A stretch of DNA of 64,000 bases from Rhynchobatus australiae (taxonomy: Eukaryota). The stretch spans positions 47,275,016 to 47,339,015 of the forward strand of contig JAUZTB010000002.1 of assembly GCA_034780895.1 (NCBI GenBank), read 5' to 3'. A program made the translations under genes and the position numbers. A model generated the notes under the pieces. It ran no database searches. It was not told the DNA's origin and worked only from the letters and a program-made list of their open reading frames with translations. Position 1 is the first letter of the stretch; every line of letters starts with the position of its first letter. Below, in pieces: positions 1 through 12,779 of this stretch.

Positions 1-199
1 CCCTGTAAAATATCCTGACTGACTGTCTCTGATTAATCTGCGTCTTTCTAAATTAAGATCTATACTGTCCCTCAGAATTGATGTCAATCCCTCAAATTAA
101 GTCCTAAAAGATTTCAGAGAGCAGAAAAAAGGCAAAAGTTAACACCAAATCAAATATTAAGGAAGGGATAATCAAACAGTTAGTTTTAATTACCTCCAG

Positions 200-325
200 T
201 GGAAGAGGGGCCATCAAGAAGCTGTTAAAGTTTGGAGGAAGAATTTCAAAGCTTAGGGCCTCAGGTAGCTGAAGGCACAGATTTGGACAAGGAGGGAAAG
301 TGTTAAAATTGAGGGGTTGCTGCAT
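200..325 (-). mobile_element. L2-type LINE 3' fragment (old)
   Basis: Reverse complement of 'gaatttcaaagcttagggcctcaggtagctgaaggc' resembles the L2 3' motif 'gccttcagctgcctaggccctaagctctggaattc'; recognised by eye only. Confidence 0.5.
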
Positions 326-1624
326 TGTGAGCCTGGTTAGGACATACTGCTGAAACACTTAAAAGCCACTTTGTAAGGATTGTGATTAAACCCTTGTCAG
401 AAGATAGGAAAATATTTTGCAGCGTTATTGAATTGTAATATAATGATGATTATAACAGTGAATGCAGAAGATGATGCACTACCTGTTTGAAAATGAAGAA
501 AAAATATAGACTTCTCAAGTCAGTAACCCTTGAGTTCAATTAACTTTTTTGAATTAATTTTCCTCAATATTATTTAATTGAAAATTGCTTTTTCATGGGG
601 AGACCCCATTCAGGTGACTGCTTCATTCTAGAAATTCAACCTTGCATGAGCAACTCCGGTGTCCCGAAGCAATTTCCACACCAGGAGCATGCTGGATGAT
701 ATAATTTCCTGTGCCACTTTCCTATTGGAACATTGCTGAGAAACCAGGACCACACTGTCCCCAAAGTGATAGTATTTGCACTCCTGGGACAATGTGGTCT
801 CCCGGGAGTTCCAACAAGTAAGTCAATAACTTGCCATCATCCTTGGGCACCCCCACTGCTGCTGCATCCCCCTTTAACTGCTGTGTACCTCTGCATTGAT
901 CTCTATTTGGTCTCTAGTTCACTTTTTCATATGCTTTACTTCCATCTTTCCCTCCCCAAAACCCTCCATCAAAATGTTAACTCTATTTTTCTCTCCTGGC
1001 TTATTGAATATTAGCAGCATGCTATGATTTTTAATTGCAGTACTTGAACTTTTTAACTTGTGCTTCACTGTTGTACTTATTACTGGCCAAATAGTAACTT
1101 CAGACCATATGGTTTTACTGGCCACCAAATGTATATTTAAATGTTGATGGATTTTGTTATATCGTGGAGCCAATAGCTCCCATATAACCATGTCATTTGC
1201 TAACTACACCTTTGGAGCTCTGAGCATGCTTTGTCTGTCAAGGATAAAACTGTCCCATCGACTGAGTACTTTTGCAGCAAGAGAAGCAACAACAACTATT
1301 ACAGAATTGTTCATAGAACCAGTTCTATACATAACCACTAGCTTGCAAAACAGGATTTTCTGTAAGTGTGTGTTAGTAAATATATCGAAGATTCAGCTAT
1401 GTCATTATTTGTTTTTTATGCCTAACATTCTTTATTTTTATTTGAAGCAAAATCCATCTGCAGTGCACATCTTCTATCATTACAACTGTGCACTTGTTAT
1501 AAATGGGAGTATGTGATAGGAGACTGTGATCGAACTTTGCACAACTGAGTGTCAAAGAGTTGAAAACCATGTTGGGAAAAGCTCATATCTCTGATGGATT
1601 GAGGTGGCGCAGTGAAAAAGAAAA

Positions 1625-1852
1625 CTTCCCTTTCTCCTGAACTCACCTATCCCCTGCCTGTGTGTGCTCCTCCCAACTNNNNNNNNNNNNNNNNNNNNNN
1701 NNNNNNNNNNNNNNNNNNNNNNNNNNNNNNGTCTCGACCTGAAACATCGATGGTTTATTTCCCTCCATAGATGCTGCCTGACCTGCTGACTTCCTCCAGC
1801 ACTTTTTGTGTGTTGCTCCAGATTCCAGCAACTGCAGAATTTCTTGTGTCTT
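1625..1852 (+). mobile_element. Penelope-like element 3' UTR / pseudo-LTR fragment
   Basis: 'gtctcgacctgaaacatcga...gatgctgcctgacctgctga..tcctccagcac...ccagattccagca.ctgcag' matches the repeat that follows a Penelope ORF end at 33181-33277. Confidence 0.7.
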
Positions 1853-2325
1853 TGTTTTTTTTATCTTTGAAGGAGGTCACACATCAACTTCAACGAGATA
1901 CAAGGCTGGAATCTCGTGGATGATGAGAATTTATCATTATTTATAATTCATGCTGGTTATTGAGAAATCACCCCTGGAATATACATTGGGTACACCTAGA
2001 TGACCGAGTGTTATTTGAAGAGAATGAAAAGTACCCGGAATGGACAAGAGAAAAAGGGGAAAGAAATGTTGCCCTTACCTGTAATTTGCAGATTTCTAGA
2101 GGTTTCCTATATTTTTTTTAATCCAGCTATTTAAAGTTGGCCTCTGCTTCATAAATAGGAGGTGCACTGTGACTGCAGAGGTGAAAATCTGGTGAAGATG
2201 ACATTGCACATAAGATTACTGACTACTTTGATGAAAATATCAGTATTAAAACCCAGGCCCCTGTGAAACATTGAACTGCAGCAGGTGCTGCCAGGCTTTC
2301 AGGCACTGAGGCTGACCTTTTGAAA

Positions 2326-3200
2326 ATGGCACACTGCAGAGAGAGTGGGCTGCACGGCACTCTGGTGGTGCAGGAAGTCGGGAGAAGGCACTGGGTTGTG
2401 TTTCTTTGACAGAGGTTGGCCGTGGCAGTCAACTTCACGAATGAAGTACCAAAGACCAAGATGCTGGATTGCAAGCATTCTAATCACATTTATGAATTTC
2501 GTATCCCATCACTGGCACCGCCAACTTCGAACATTGCTAAATGCACCACGAACCATTGATTACACAACAACAATCTCAGTAAATCGAGAATCGGACCTAT
2601 GTGCCAAATAGGCTGATGCACCTGGAATCTCTGCAAGTCTCATACTCGAATCCCACAGTTTGGACACGCTGCCAGTTATTCAAAGCTGACAGGTACATCA
2701 TCCACTCAGGTGGCATGATATTCATCGATGCATTTCCCTCGCTGTCTCAGGATAGCAGCAATCTAGCATGGAACAGGAGTGGCTGGGCTTCCATGCTCCC
2801 TTGGTGAACGTGTTGCTGGCTATAACCAGAGCAACCGTCACTATCCATGGCCAGCAATAGGGCAGAAGTTACAAAAGATGTTGGCATTTCCATACCTAAT
2901 CCTCTTCTTCACCTCTCACTTCCCTAATTTGCCATAAATGTCCTCTGATCTACAAGCCTTAGATTACATAGACACAGACCTTATCTATTTTGTCTCACTG
3001 TGTCTTATTTTTTCTCTAACCAAATAGCTAAGCACTTAACCTGATTAGGCAGTGCAGAAGGTGGAGAAGAGAGTGAGTATGAAGGCACACTATCACTTCA
3101 TTTAACACCTGCATTCATTAGCTGCCAACACTGTATCATTTAGAAGTTTATTTATAGGCAGGATCTGTATATGGATCACATGGCCTACAGCCAGGGCAGG
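2326..3200 (+). pseudogene. Degenerate Harbinger Myb/SANT-like DNA-binding gene (multi-exon)
   Basis: From ATG 2326: MAHCRESG..LVVQEVGRRHWVVFL*QRLAVAVNFTNEVPKTKMLDCKHSNHI, resembling Harbinger Myb/SANT (LV.EV..RR.VL...W..VA.AVN....RT..QC.KKFND); acceptor-like sites end at 2750 and 3027. Confidence 0.55.
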
Positions 3201-3299
3201 GAGGAAGAAGATTGCAGAAGTGTTCCAGGGAGAGGGGTTCAGTGAAGCTGTCTTGTTATTCTTGGGTCTTTCAGCCCAAAGCTTTTAACATTCATGCTG

Positions 3300-3860
3300 G
3301 GAAACACATAAATCTGTGCCTCCCAGGACTGGATCCATGTGATAGTATCCTCCATGGCCATCTGAATCGACAAATGGGGCCTGCAAAGCAATGTGCGTGG
3401 AATCAATGGCATCCTCTACCATGCCTACAGTCCTGGCAAAATCATGTGCCTTCTCTGTCTGCCACTCTCGGAGAAGGAAGAATGTAATGTCGTTCATTAT
3501 TTTGGAACAGAGAACACAGGTGACCTCCTTGCTAAAAAGTTGAGTGGCGACACTTGTGGCTGCCCCCAGAACACTCGACACAAAAAGATGCATTTCACTG
3601 TGTGTTTGATGTACCTGTGACGAATAAAGATACCTTATCAAAATACATAACATTTCAAATATTTCCAGCTTCAGCCTGGAAGGATTGTATATTAAACATT
3701 CATGGCCACTGTGATATCAACAGCCACTGGCAATGTGATCCTTGCCCTGCTTTCAGATTGCAATTGTGGCTAAAGCAGCTGGCAGATTTTATTTATATAT
3801 CTGCACTGAATTGCAGATATCTTATGTACAGCTCCTTGCTGAGGTGCAGGTGAGAGGTTC
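3300..3860 (-). pseudogene. Degenerate Harbinger (HARBI1-like) DDE transposase
   Basis: Minus strand gives HLSKELYIRYLQF..ICQLL*PQLQSESRARITLPVAVDITVAMN..SFQAEAGNI, then QTEKAHDFARTVGMVEDAIDSTHIALQAP (cf. ALPVAVKVT.ALNF..GSFQ and GAIDCTH); stops and frameshifts; interrupted by a SINE tail. Confidence 0.8.
3543..3639 (+). mobile_element. 5'-truncated SINE (family of 30225-30522)
   Basis: Near-identical to the 3' third of the SINEs at 30225 and 51573. Confidence 0.9.
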
Positions 3861-5482
3861 AGCTGATCCATTAATATGTGTGGAATTCATTTCTGCTCAA
3901 AGTCCATTGACAACTTCTCCTCCCTCTCACAGCAACTTGCCTGTTGGGTGCCTCTGCTCATCCTTCCAATCATCCTCTACTCTGAGGAATGTCTACTAAC
4001 ACACTCTAGGAAAGATTGATTTGTGCAGAATCTTGAGGGTAAGATAAATTCATTCAGCATTTGGCATAACACTTCTGGTAGACTTTAAAACTTCTAAAAT
4101 TCTAGAAAGTACTAATCCCTATATATATTCAATAGCCAGCAGGTTTCCTTCAGCAACTGTCAGTTTCTGATAAACCCATTTAAATAGTTTTGTTGTGGTT
4201 TTTTTTCTGCTGCTATAGCTTGTTCAGCTGTGTGATGTTAAGAGAATGGGTGAGCTGGAGCAATGCACTCCAATTTATCAGTGCTGAGGGCAAATCAGTA
4301 CAGCACATTGATTGACATTATAATCTGTGAACTCTGCATGCTTCCAGCAGTGGATAAACTCTCTTGACAATATGTTGGCCTGACTAATCCCACAATTATG
4401 TATGTGTGCATTGATTGGCTTACTGGAGCAATTTGGCATGACAAAATCACATTTAATGATCAGAGGCTCTCTCTTAATTTTTTTGTCACCTTCACCATAG
4501 AATTGAGCTCCTTATCAGAAAAATATTGATAATTTGTAATCCAATGTGATATTTTTTGATCAGGTCTCCCAGTCCCCCAGTTATATATATTTGTCAATAA
4601 TGATGAATGATTTAGATGACCGTTGAGAGAAAGTTTAAACAGAGAGTAACAATTCAACTTAATTGTGAGCTGTGAAGAGTGGTGTTGGACAACTCTTGTT
4701 ACACACTCTGTCCAATTTTCATAGTCCACTGCAGACAGCTCTGGCAGCTTTCTGTCCATCTTGAAATGCCAGCAAACGCAAGACCCAGGGACCATTGGAA
4801 ACTTCATGCAATCTTTCTCCAGTATCCTGTATAAGAGAAATAATGCTAACTTATTTTATTTCCACCTTCCTCCTCTCATCCTCCCAAATACATTTCAGCG
4901 CCTCTTACTATGCTGCACCTCACACAGCACCATCCAGTGGAATTCCTTCCACCATTCTGAAAGCTGTTAAGCCTCATTTCACATTATTCCATTCTCGTAC
5001 TGGGTCTCCAATGGTTTCCCACTCCAACTATAGTATTGGATGAGAGGTGATTCCATTCATTAAAGGGCCAAGCGAGAATTTCCAACTTAGTTTGCAATGA
5101 GTGAGTCTGAACAGTTTTACCTGTCTGTCTCTGGAGTTAGGCAGGGATCCTGGGAGAACATCTGAGAGAATCTCATCACTTCCATGTGATTGGGAAAGCA
5201 GCCTTCAGAGGGGAGTTCACAGAGCCATTGTAGGACTTAGTGAGAGTTGTTGACTGCGTACATCACTACACCAAGGAGAGAAGCATTTAGTCCAATATAT
5301 CTGCGCAGGCTCTCGGGGGGAGAAAACAACCATTTGATCTCATTTCCTTGTCCATACCTTTTAAACTATTCCTTTTTCTCAGCATTGATTCAGTTCACAT
5401 CTAAAGTTTTCTTGGATTTTGTTTATCGTGGATTTTGCTTCTATCACAGTTTCTAGTGGGTGTACTAAGTCCTGACAAAATC

Positions 5483-5745
5483 CTCTACATAAATTATGAA
5501 CCTCCCCTAATTTAAGTCTGATAAAACCCAATTATCTGTGCAGCAACTTTTTCATCTATCCTGCCACTAATCCAAGATAAACTTAATAACCCTAAATAGA
5601 ATCTGCATAAAGTGACAGAGGACTAGAACTTTTCAGTGACTGTCACTATTCCCATTAAAAATAACTATTAATGCCAATTTTGAAAAACACAAAATTTTGT
5701 GTGACATTATTTTGATAATTGGCCCTCCAATGTTTTTATTCTGTA

Positions 5746-5777
<32 letters not shown>

Positions 5778-5883
5778 AGTTCCTGAGTTATTGGTACATT
5801 TCTTTTATCCAGTTAGATAATGGGTCATTGGGCAAGTGGTGTGCAGATGACAAACCGAAGTTCACATTGTTTATGCATATGGG
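5483..5883. repeat. Old direct repeat, copy 1 (contains an (ATT)n run at ~5746-5775)
   Basis: Colinear blocks shared with 6831-7218 ('cctaatttaagtctgataaa', 'attaaaaataactatt', 'gatgacaaac...cattgtttatg'). Confidence 0.75.
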
Positions 5884-6830
5884 TAAAAAATGACTCCTGA
5901 GATTGCGGCATTCTTCTTGGGAAATTGACCAGAATACTGAGAGAGTATGGAAATGATTAGTGAATTGTTTAATTAATGGCAAAATGCAGCTCACAATTAT
6001 GGATCTTCTTCTGGGATTAAATACAAAAGTTTACCAAGTTTTAAAATGGAAACAGCTGGTGGAAACCTTACATGGCATTGGAGCAGCTGTCGCAAAACCA
6101 ATAGTAAAACTGCACTTTTGCTAAAATTAAATATCAGGATTATTTTGAGGTGAAAACCTTAAAGAGTGGGAGAAAAGATGGTTGGAAAAATGAGGGGTTA
6201 GAGAACTTCAGTGTGGTTCAATGGAACCAGATGGATCTGATGGCTTTCTCTTAGGTTTAATTATTTGGGGTAGAATTTTAGATGCATCTTTCCCAATTTT
6301 GTGGTCTGCAACAAAAATATCAAAGTTAAATTTCGTGAGTGACATTCCTTGCCAAAATGCCATCAGAATATTTGACTGTATGATGTTGATGTCATGTGTG
6401 CTGACATTACATATGTTGTACTTCATTACAGGGTGATTAGAACATTCTGAAGTTTCCCATGGATTGCTATGGGTCTTCCGTATGCTGTGTGTCTTCAATC
6501 CTGCTCAGCAATGCTAGTGCTCCCTTGGGCAAGCTGCTTTCTGGACCTATCTCCCCACTTTCCACACCGCCCCCCAACCCACCCTCAGCCCGCTCTTGTA
6601 CTTTCATGTTTGATGCATCTTCACATGCTGACCTGCAGACCTGTTTGCTCTGCTCTCTCAGCTATGTGAGGTGCCATTCTCCCAGCTGTCAAGCAACACC
6701 TCATCATCACTTTCTGCTCTATCCAATCTGTGAAGTTTCTAGACTAGAAAAGGACAAAGGTCAGAACTCAATGGGATAAGTAAACCAAAACTAATGAATT
6801 AGTTCTGAAATAGAGGCTAAAATGCATTTG

Positions 6831-7218
6831 CTCTGCGTAAATTTCGAACCTCTCCTAATTTAAGTCTGATAAACTAAGACCCCATTATCTTGGCAAGAAC
6901 TTTTCAGTCTGCCCTGTCACTAGTTTCAGCTAAATTGAAAAATAATTGATGCCATCTGCAGATTGTGACTGGAATTTCTCAATGTCTGCCAATGTTCCCA
7001 ATTAAAAATAACTATTGAGATCAACTATGGGAAAAAACATTTTGTATGACATAATTTGAATGATTATATCTTGGCTCACCTGTGGATTTTCTATGTCACA
7101 TGACAATTATTGTAATTCCTTAGTTGTATTACAATTCTCATCTCCAGTCAGTACATGTCTCACTGGGTGAGTGGTAGATGGATGACAAACTATAGTCCTC
7201 ATTGTTTATGAATATGTG
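6831..7218. repeat. Old direct repeat, copy 2
   Basis: Colinear with 5483-5883. Confidence 0.75.
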
Positions 7219-7562
7219 ATTGTGTGTGTATTAAAATCACAATGTTAAGTGAAATTCAATGGTCCAAAGATTGTTATTTTCACATTCAAGAGAGGTTTAG
7301 GATTTCAGTTTGATCCTTTTTGAGCTTTTGCCACCTTAAGCAAATGTTTCTGAAATGTCAATGAAGAAGTGCGTACATAGTGTTAGAAGGATTCTACAAA
7401 CTGGCTGCTTATTCCTTTAACTCTTGTCCATAACGATCTTTGTGATGATACCGCAGGAAAGAAGACTGAGGCATGCTGTTAATTTAGGTGCAGCCATCTT
7501 TATTTTTCTCCTCTTTACTCCCCCTGCTGGTTAACAGCAGGTAGGCCAGCACTGGAGCAACA

Positions 7563-7720
7563 AGGCAGACAAACATGGACAGGCGTGAACACCTGAACAG
7601 GCAGGGAATAGATAGATACAGACCATGTGCAGGCAAATGGAATGAGTTAGATTGGCATCATGGCCAACTAAGACAATGTGGGCCGAAGGGCCTGTTCCTG
7701 TGCTGTCCTGTACTGTTCTG
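7563..7720 (+). mobile_element. CR1 LINE 3' end
   Basis: Ends in the CR1 terminal motif 'gggccgaagggcctgttcctgtgctgt..tgttct'. Confidence 0.8.
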
Positions 7721-8565
7721 TTAACAAAATGAGTTACACAGCTAAATTTACTGCATTGCATCCATAGNNNNNNNNNNNNNNNNNNNNNNNNNNNNNNNNN
7801 NNNNNNNNNNNNNNNNNNNNNNNNNNNNNNNNNNNNNNNNNNNNNNNNNNNNNNNNNNNNNNNNNNNNNNNNNNNNNNNNNNNNNNNNNNNNNNNNNNNN
7901 NNNNNNNNNNNNNNNNNNNNNNNNNNNNNNNNNNNNNNNNNNNNNNNNNNNNNNNNNNNNNNNNNNNNNNNNNNNNNNNNNNNNNNNNNNNNNNNNNNNN
8001 NNNNNNNNNNNNNNNNNNNNNNNNNNNNNNNNNNNNNNNNNNNNNNNNNNNNNNNNNNNNNNNNNNNNNNNNNNNNNNNNNNNNNNNNNNNNNNNNNNNN
8101 NNNNNNNNNNNNNNNNNNNNNNNNNNNNNNNNNNNNNNNNNNNNNNNNNNNNNNNNNNNNNNNNNNNNNNNNNNNNNNNNNNNNNNNNNNNNNNNNNNNN
8201 NNNNNNNNNNNNNNNNNNNNNNNNNNNNNNNNNNNNNNNNNNNNNNNNNNNNNNNNNNNNNNNNNNNNNNNNNNNNNNNNNNNNNNNNNNNNNNNNNNNN
8301 NNNNNNNNNNNNNNNNNNNNNNNNNNNNNNNNNNNNNNNNNNNNNNNNNNNNNNNNNNNNNNNNNNNNNNNNNNNNNNNNNNNNNNNNNNNNNNNNNNNN
8401 NNNNNNNNNNNNNNNNNNNNNNNNNNNNNNNNNNNNNNNNNNNNNNNNNNNNNNNNNNNNNNNNNNNNNNNNNNNNNNNNNNNNNNNNNNNNNNNNNNNN
8501 NNNNNNNNNNNNNNNNNNNNNNNNNNNNNNNNNNNNNNNNNNNNNNNNNNNNNNNNNNNNNNNNN

Positions 8566-8752
8566 GAATGCACTGGCAGGGTGGTAGTGGAGGCAAATAT
8601 GATAAGGGTGTTTAAAAGTCTCTTAGATAGGCACATGAATGTGCAGAGAATGGAGGGATATGTGTAGGCAGAAGGGATTAGTTTATTTCAGTGTTAAATT
8701 ATTTTGGCACAACATTGTGGGCCGAAGGGCCTGTTCCTGCGCTGTTCTATGC
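8566..8752 (+). mobile_element. CR1 LINE 3' end
   Basis: 'gaatgcactgg..gggtggtagtggaggca...tttaa..tctcttagataggcacatg...gggccgaagggcctg', matching 23960-24150. Confidence 0.85.
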
Positions 8753-8829
8753 TCTCTCCTTAGTGGTGCCTGCACAAGGGTGATAAAGGCCATGCAATAT
8801 ATTTACTTTAACCTAAGTGGTCAACCAGC

Positions 8830-9075
8830 TTGCTCAGTCCTCCAGAGAGAACATCTTATAGAAGCGTATGGCATGGCTAGGTTCTTTATACTTAAACACA
8901 CCCTGTGCCTTGGATGAAGCATGCTAAGCATATTACTTTCTCTGGTGAAGGATGAAGTATTAGCAAATGAGAGGGTCCCATCCACAGCAAAAGATCCTGT
9001 TTTGTCTCAATTTCATGACTTTGTTATTAAAGGGTGGCCTACAGAGAAATAGCCACTGAGACTTGAGTGTAAGGG
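8830..9075 (+). mobile_element. Gypsy-type pol fragment (RNase H-integrase linker)
   Basis: Translates to TAKDPVLSQFHDFVIKGWPTEK (T..DP.L..V...V..GWP motif). Confidence 0.55.
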
Positions 9076-9088
9076 AGANNNNNNNNNN

Positions 9089-9152
9089 AAACACTCACTC
9101 GTATGTATAGGGTGTCCGTAAGTCAGGCATTCATAACCTGGGGAGGACATGC
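9089..9152 (-). mobile_element. Terminal fragment of Tc1/mariner (Tigger-like) MITE
   Basis: Reverse complement resembles the left end of 62081-62380 ('ccccaggttatgaa...ggacacc'). Confidence 0.6.
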
Positions 9153-9239
9153 AACATCTACCACAGAGAGATATTGTTTTGAAGATTTGCTAGTCTAAAA
9201 CGTGTATGTGTTAGAGGTTATCTTTGCTCATCTCCTGTA

Positions 9240-9816
9240 GTGCGGACTCTACAACTACCCACTTAATTGACAACATCTCTCCACAGCTTGCTGAGTTAAT
9301 GAACAGGGACTTGTCCGACACCAGTCTGCTGTTGCCACTGCTGGTTATGCATGGTCTTTTCCTGTAAGAGAAAATGAAGCTCATCAGTGAATGTGTTACA
9401 AGATGTCTAGGTAAGTTCTTACTAAGGGTGACCAGCTGAAAGTGTGGGAGAGTAGGAAGCAGGTGACTTTCTTGGAATACTAGTAAGTGTGTGAGTAGGT
9501 GGTGAATGATAAGAATGTTAGATAGGAATTGTGTTTGATAGAGTTTGTTGTGGAATACATAGCATAGAGCAGCATATAAGGCTAGTTGAGCAAACAGCAG
9601 ATGGGATTTCCTATGGCAATACATCCAAGTCTTCTGGAGTCACTCTTGACATGAATTGTAATCTCCTCCTCCCATTTCTGTTACAATAGGGGTCTGAGGG
9701 GCTTCCTTGGTCGCCGAAAATAGAACACTATTCTCATCCTCAGCCCCATCCACAAAAGTGTACAGAGATATGTAAGGTGATCAAAATGCCTTATCTCATG
9801 TGCTCCCTCCTGGCAT
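9240..9816 (-). pseudogene. Degenerate two-exon Harbinger Myb/SANT-like gene
   Basis: Exon 1 (ATG 9816): ..FVDGAEDENSVLF..RKPLRPLL*QKWEEEI..TWMYCHRKS; acceptor 'ttttctcttacag' then exon 2 from 9361: EKTMHNQQWQQQTGVGQ (cf. EK.AHN....TGGG). Confidence 0.7.
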
Positions 9817-10036
9817 CTTCAGCCTTCTCAATCCTGTGGAATAATTTCTACCACCAGTTTCAGACAACAATAGCCTTCCACTTTTGGAGATTCAAATCAT
9901 CCTAGCTAGCTTTAATTGGACCCAAACAGGTTCGAATTAGAATCTGTAGATACGCATTAAACAATAAACAGCATGGTTAGCATTTTTCTGAGTGCGGAAG
10001 TCTTGATGAAGTGATAGCGCAACTTTTTTCCTTTAC

Positions 10037-11735
10037 AATATAAGAAATAGAAGCAGGAGTAGGTTATTCAACCCTTCGTGCCTGTTCTGCTATTCAAATA
10101 AATCATGGGTGATCTTTCACCTCAGTGCCACTCCGGCCTCCCAGACAACCTGGATCCACTTCAATTCTCCTACCACTGAAACAGGGTCCATCTCCCTGGC
10201 CCTACACTCATCTCTGTAACATCTGGACAGTAAAGACACATACGTTAGACTATTGTTTATTGACTACAGCTCCACCTTCAATATTATAATTCCAAGCAAG
10301 CTCATCTCCAAACTCTGAGACCTGGGATTCAACATCTCCCTCTGCAATTGGATGCTGGACTTTCTGACCAACTGACTGTAATCAGTGAGGATAGGCAGCA
10401 ACACATCCAGCATGATTATTCTCAACACAGGAGCCCCACAAGACTGCGACCTCAGCCCTNNNNNNNNNNNNNNNNNNNNNNNNNNNNNNNNNNNNNNNNN
10501 NNNNNNNNNNNNNNNNNNNNNNNNNNNNNNNNNNNNNNNNNNNNNNNNNNNNNNNNNNNNNNNNNNNNNNNNNNNNNNNNNNNNNNNNNNNNNNNNNNNN
10601 NNNNNNNNNNNNNNNNNNNNNNNNNNNNNNNNNNNNNNNNNNNNNNNNNGTCATTGACTTCAGGAAAGGGGGCAGTGTACATGCACCTGTCTACATCAAT
10701 GGTGCTGAGGTCAAGAGGGTTGAGAGGTCCAAGTTCCTAGGAGTGAACGTCACCAATAGCCTGTCCTGATCCAACCAGGTAGACGCCATGGCCAAGAAAG
10801 CTCACCAACACCTCTACTTCTTCAGTAGGCTAAAGAAATTTGGCATGTCCCCTTTGACACACCAACTTTTATCGATGCACCATAGAAAACATCCTATCTG
10901 GATGCATCACAGCTTGGTATGACTACTGCTCTGCCTAGGACTGCAAAAAACCGCAGAGAGTTGAGGACATAGCCCAGCACATCATGGAAACCAGCCTCCC
11001 CTACATGGATTCCATCTATACCTCTCACTGCCTTGGTGAAGCAGCCAACATAATCAAAGACCCCACCCACCTGGGACATTCTCTCTTCTCTCCTCTCCCA
11101 TTAGGCAGAAGATACGCCTGAGGGCACATACCACCAGGCTCAAGGACAGCTTCTATCCCACTGTGATAAGGCTATTGAATGGTTCCCTCATACGATGAGA
11201 TGGACTATTGACCTCACAATCTGCCATGTTTGACTTTGCACTTTATTGTCTACCTGCAATGCACTTCCCTGTAACTGTGACACTTTACTCTGTATTCTGT
11301 TATTGTTTTTACCCTGTTCTACCTCAATGCAGTCCGTACTACCTCAATGCACTATGTAATGAATTGATCTGTACGAACGGTATGCAAGACAAGTTTTTCC
11401 ACCGTACCTCGGTACAAGTGACAATAATAAACCAATACCAATACTAATTCCTTATGTCTCGACTCCCTTAATATCTAAAAATCCATTGATCTTTGTCTTA
11501 TATTCAGTGACTGAACCTTTTCATCTCTTTTGGGTGAAGAATTACAAAGATTCACCAGGCTCCAGGTAAAGTAATTAATTCCTGTCTCTGTCTTGAATGG
11601 CTGATTCCTTATTTTGAGACTACGACCACCAGTTCTGGATACCCAGTTAGGAGAAACATCAAAATCTCATTCTTCTTTTCAAGCCCCATAGGAAGTCTGT
11701 ACATTTCAATGAGATCACCTCTCATTCTTCAGAAT
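10037..11735 (-). mobile_element. Old CR1 3' fragment split by a Rex1/Babar insertion (pieces 10037-10131 and 11446-11735)
   Basis: Both pieces are colinear with the minus-strand CR1 at 48283-48690. Confidence 0.7.
10132..11444 (+). mobile_element. Rex1/Babar-type LINE, 5'-truncated
   Basis: RT motifs [16 protein letters not shown] and TGAPQ.C.LSP; 3' tail 'gtgacaataataaaccaataccaatac'; colinear with 58422-60040. Confidence 0.85.
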
Positions 11736-12779
11736 GAGAAGCAGAAGGAATTTGTACTGATCCAGGAAGTGAGTCGCCACTTACAGCACTGTGCCAAATG
11801 GGATGGGTTAGTTACTGAGCACAATCCTGTCACGTTTCCAGTTCTGTCTGAATTAGCCTCTGATGTGCTTCAAAGCATTAGAATGGAGCTATGTTATCCC
11901 ATGTTATGCCAGAATGTACAGAACCTCTTGAAGTCAGCAAAGTTGTATTTTTAAGGTCCCCTTAATTCTGTATGGTAATTCCCAAGAACTTCAGTGTATC
12001 ACCTGATTAGTGCCAATATTCATGACAAAACAAGCACTGGCAATTGATCTTGTGGTTTGATTAAAATTCTTGCCTTTCCAAGGACTGAAATGTTGGGAAA
12101 CAACTGGCAATGCTCTGTTTTCTTAACTAATTTTGAAGTGAATATTATGTCTGCTAAGTGCTCTGTTTTTCACTGTGACTGGGTCAAAAACTGCAGGGAA
12201 GCTGTTAGAAGAAAAGCGGGGGAGGGAACAGATGGCTTCAGCTGCAGAGAGAACAGGCAGAAAAAAGCTTTGCATTCAGGTTCCACACATGCCCCATTGT
12301 ATCACTGCTGATAACAACATGAGGAACCTGAGCTTATCTATAAAGAGAGTCCCATTTGTAACAAAGGTCAAAGCCAATTGTTAAAGCTGCCATTCCCTTG
12401 GCTGTACAGTCGAGGTCACCCTCAATTTCTTTGTTTCTGAATCTGTCCAGGCTGCATCAGAGAGCATTGATGACATGACGTGGTGTTCACTTTTGCATCA
12501 GGTGAGTGACTGATCATGAAATAGCCAGGACATTCATTACTTCCCCCAGTCACAAGCAGGAGCAACCAGATATGATTTTGTATGAAAAGCAGTCTGCCCT
12601 CAAGGCAAAGCTATCATCAATTAGAGGTGCACTGTGTAAACATAAATTTCAAGTGCTTCCTTATTCTGAATACCCAGCTGGTGTATATTGACTATGCTGC
12701 AATATAGGTCCTGATATCCTGGAGAGGAACAGGGAGAGCAATTAGAGTTGCTCAGGAGTCAGCTATATAGGAGTTGCAG

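Noticed and set aside
1154-1516. 120-aa ORF with an internal gtaagt donor
   Set aside because: No recognisable domain and no convincing acceptor.
7734-8636. 300-aa and 282-aa ORFs
   Set aside because: Made almost entirely of N.
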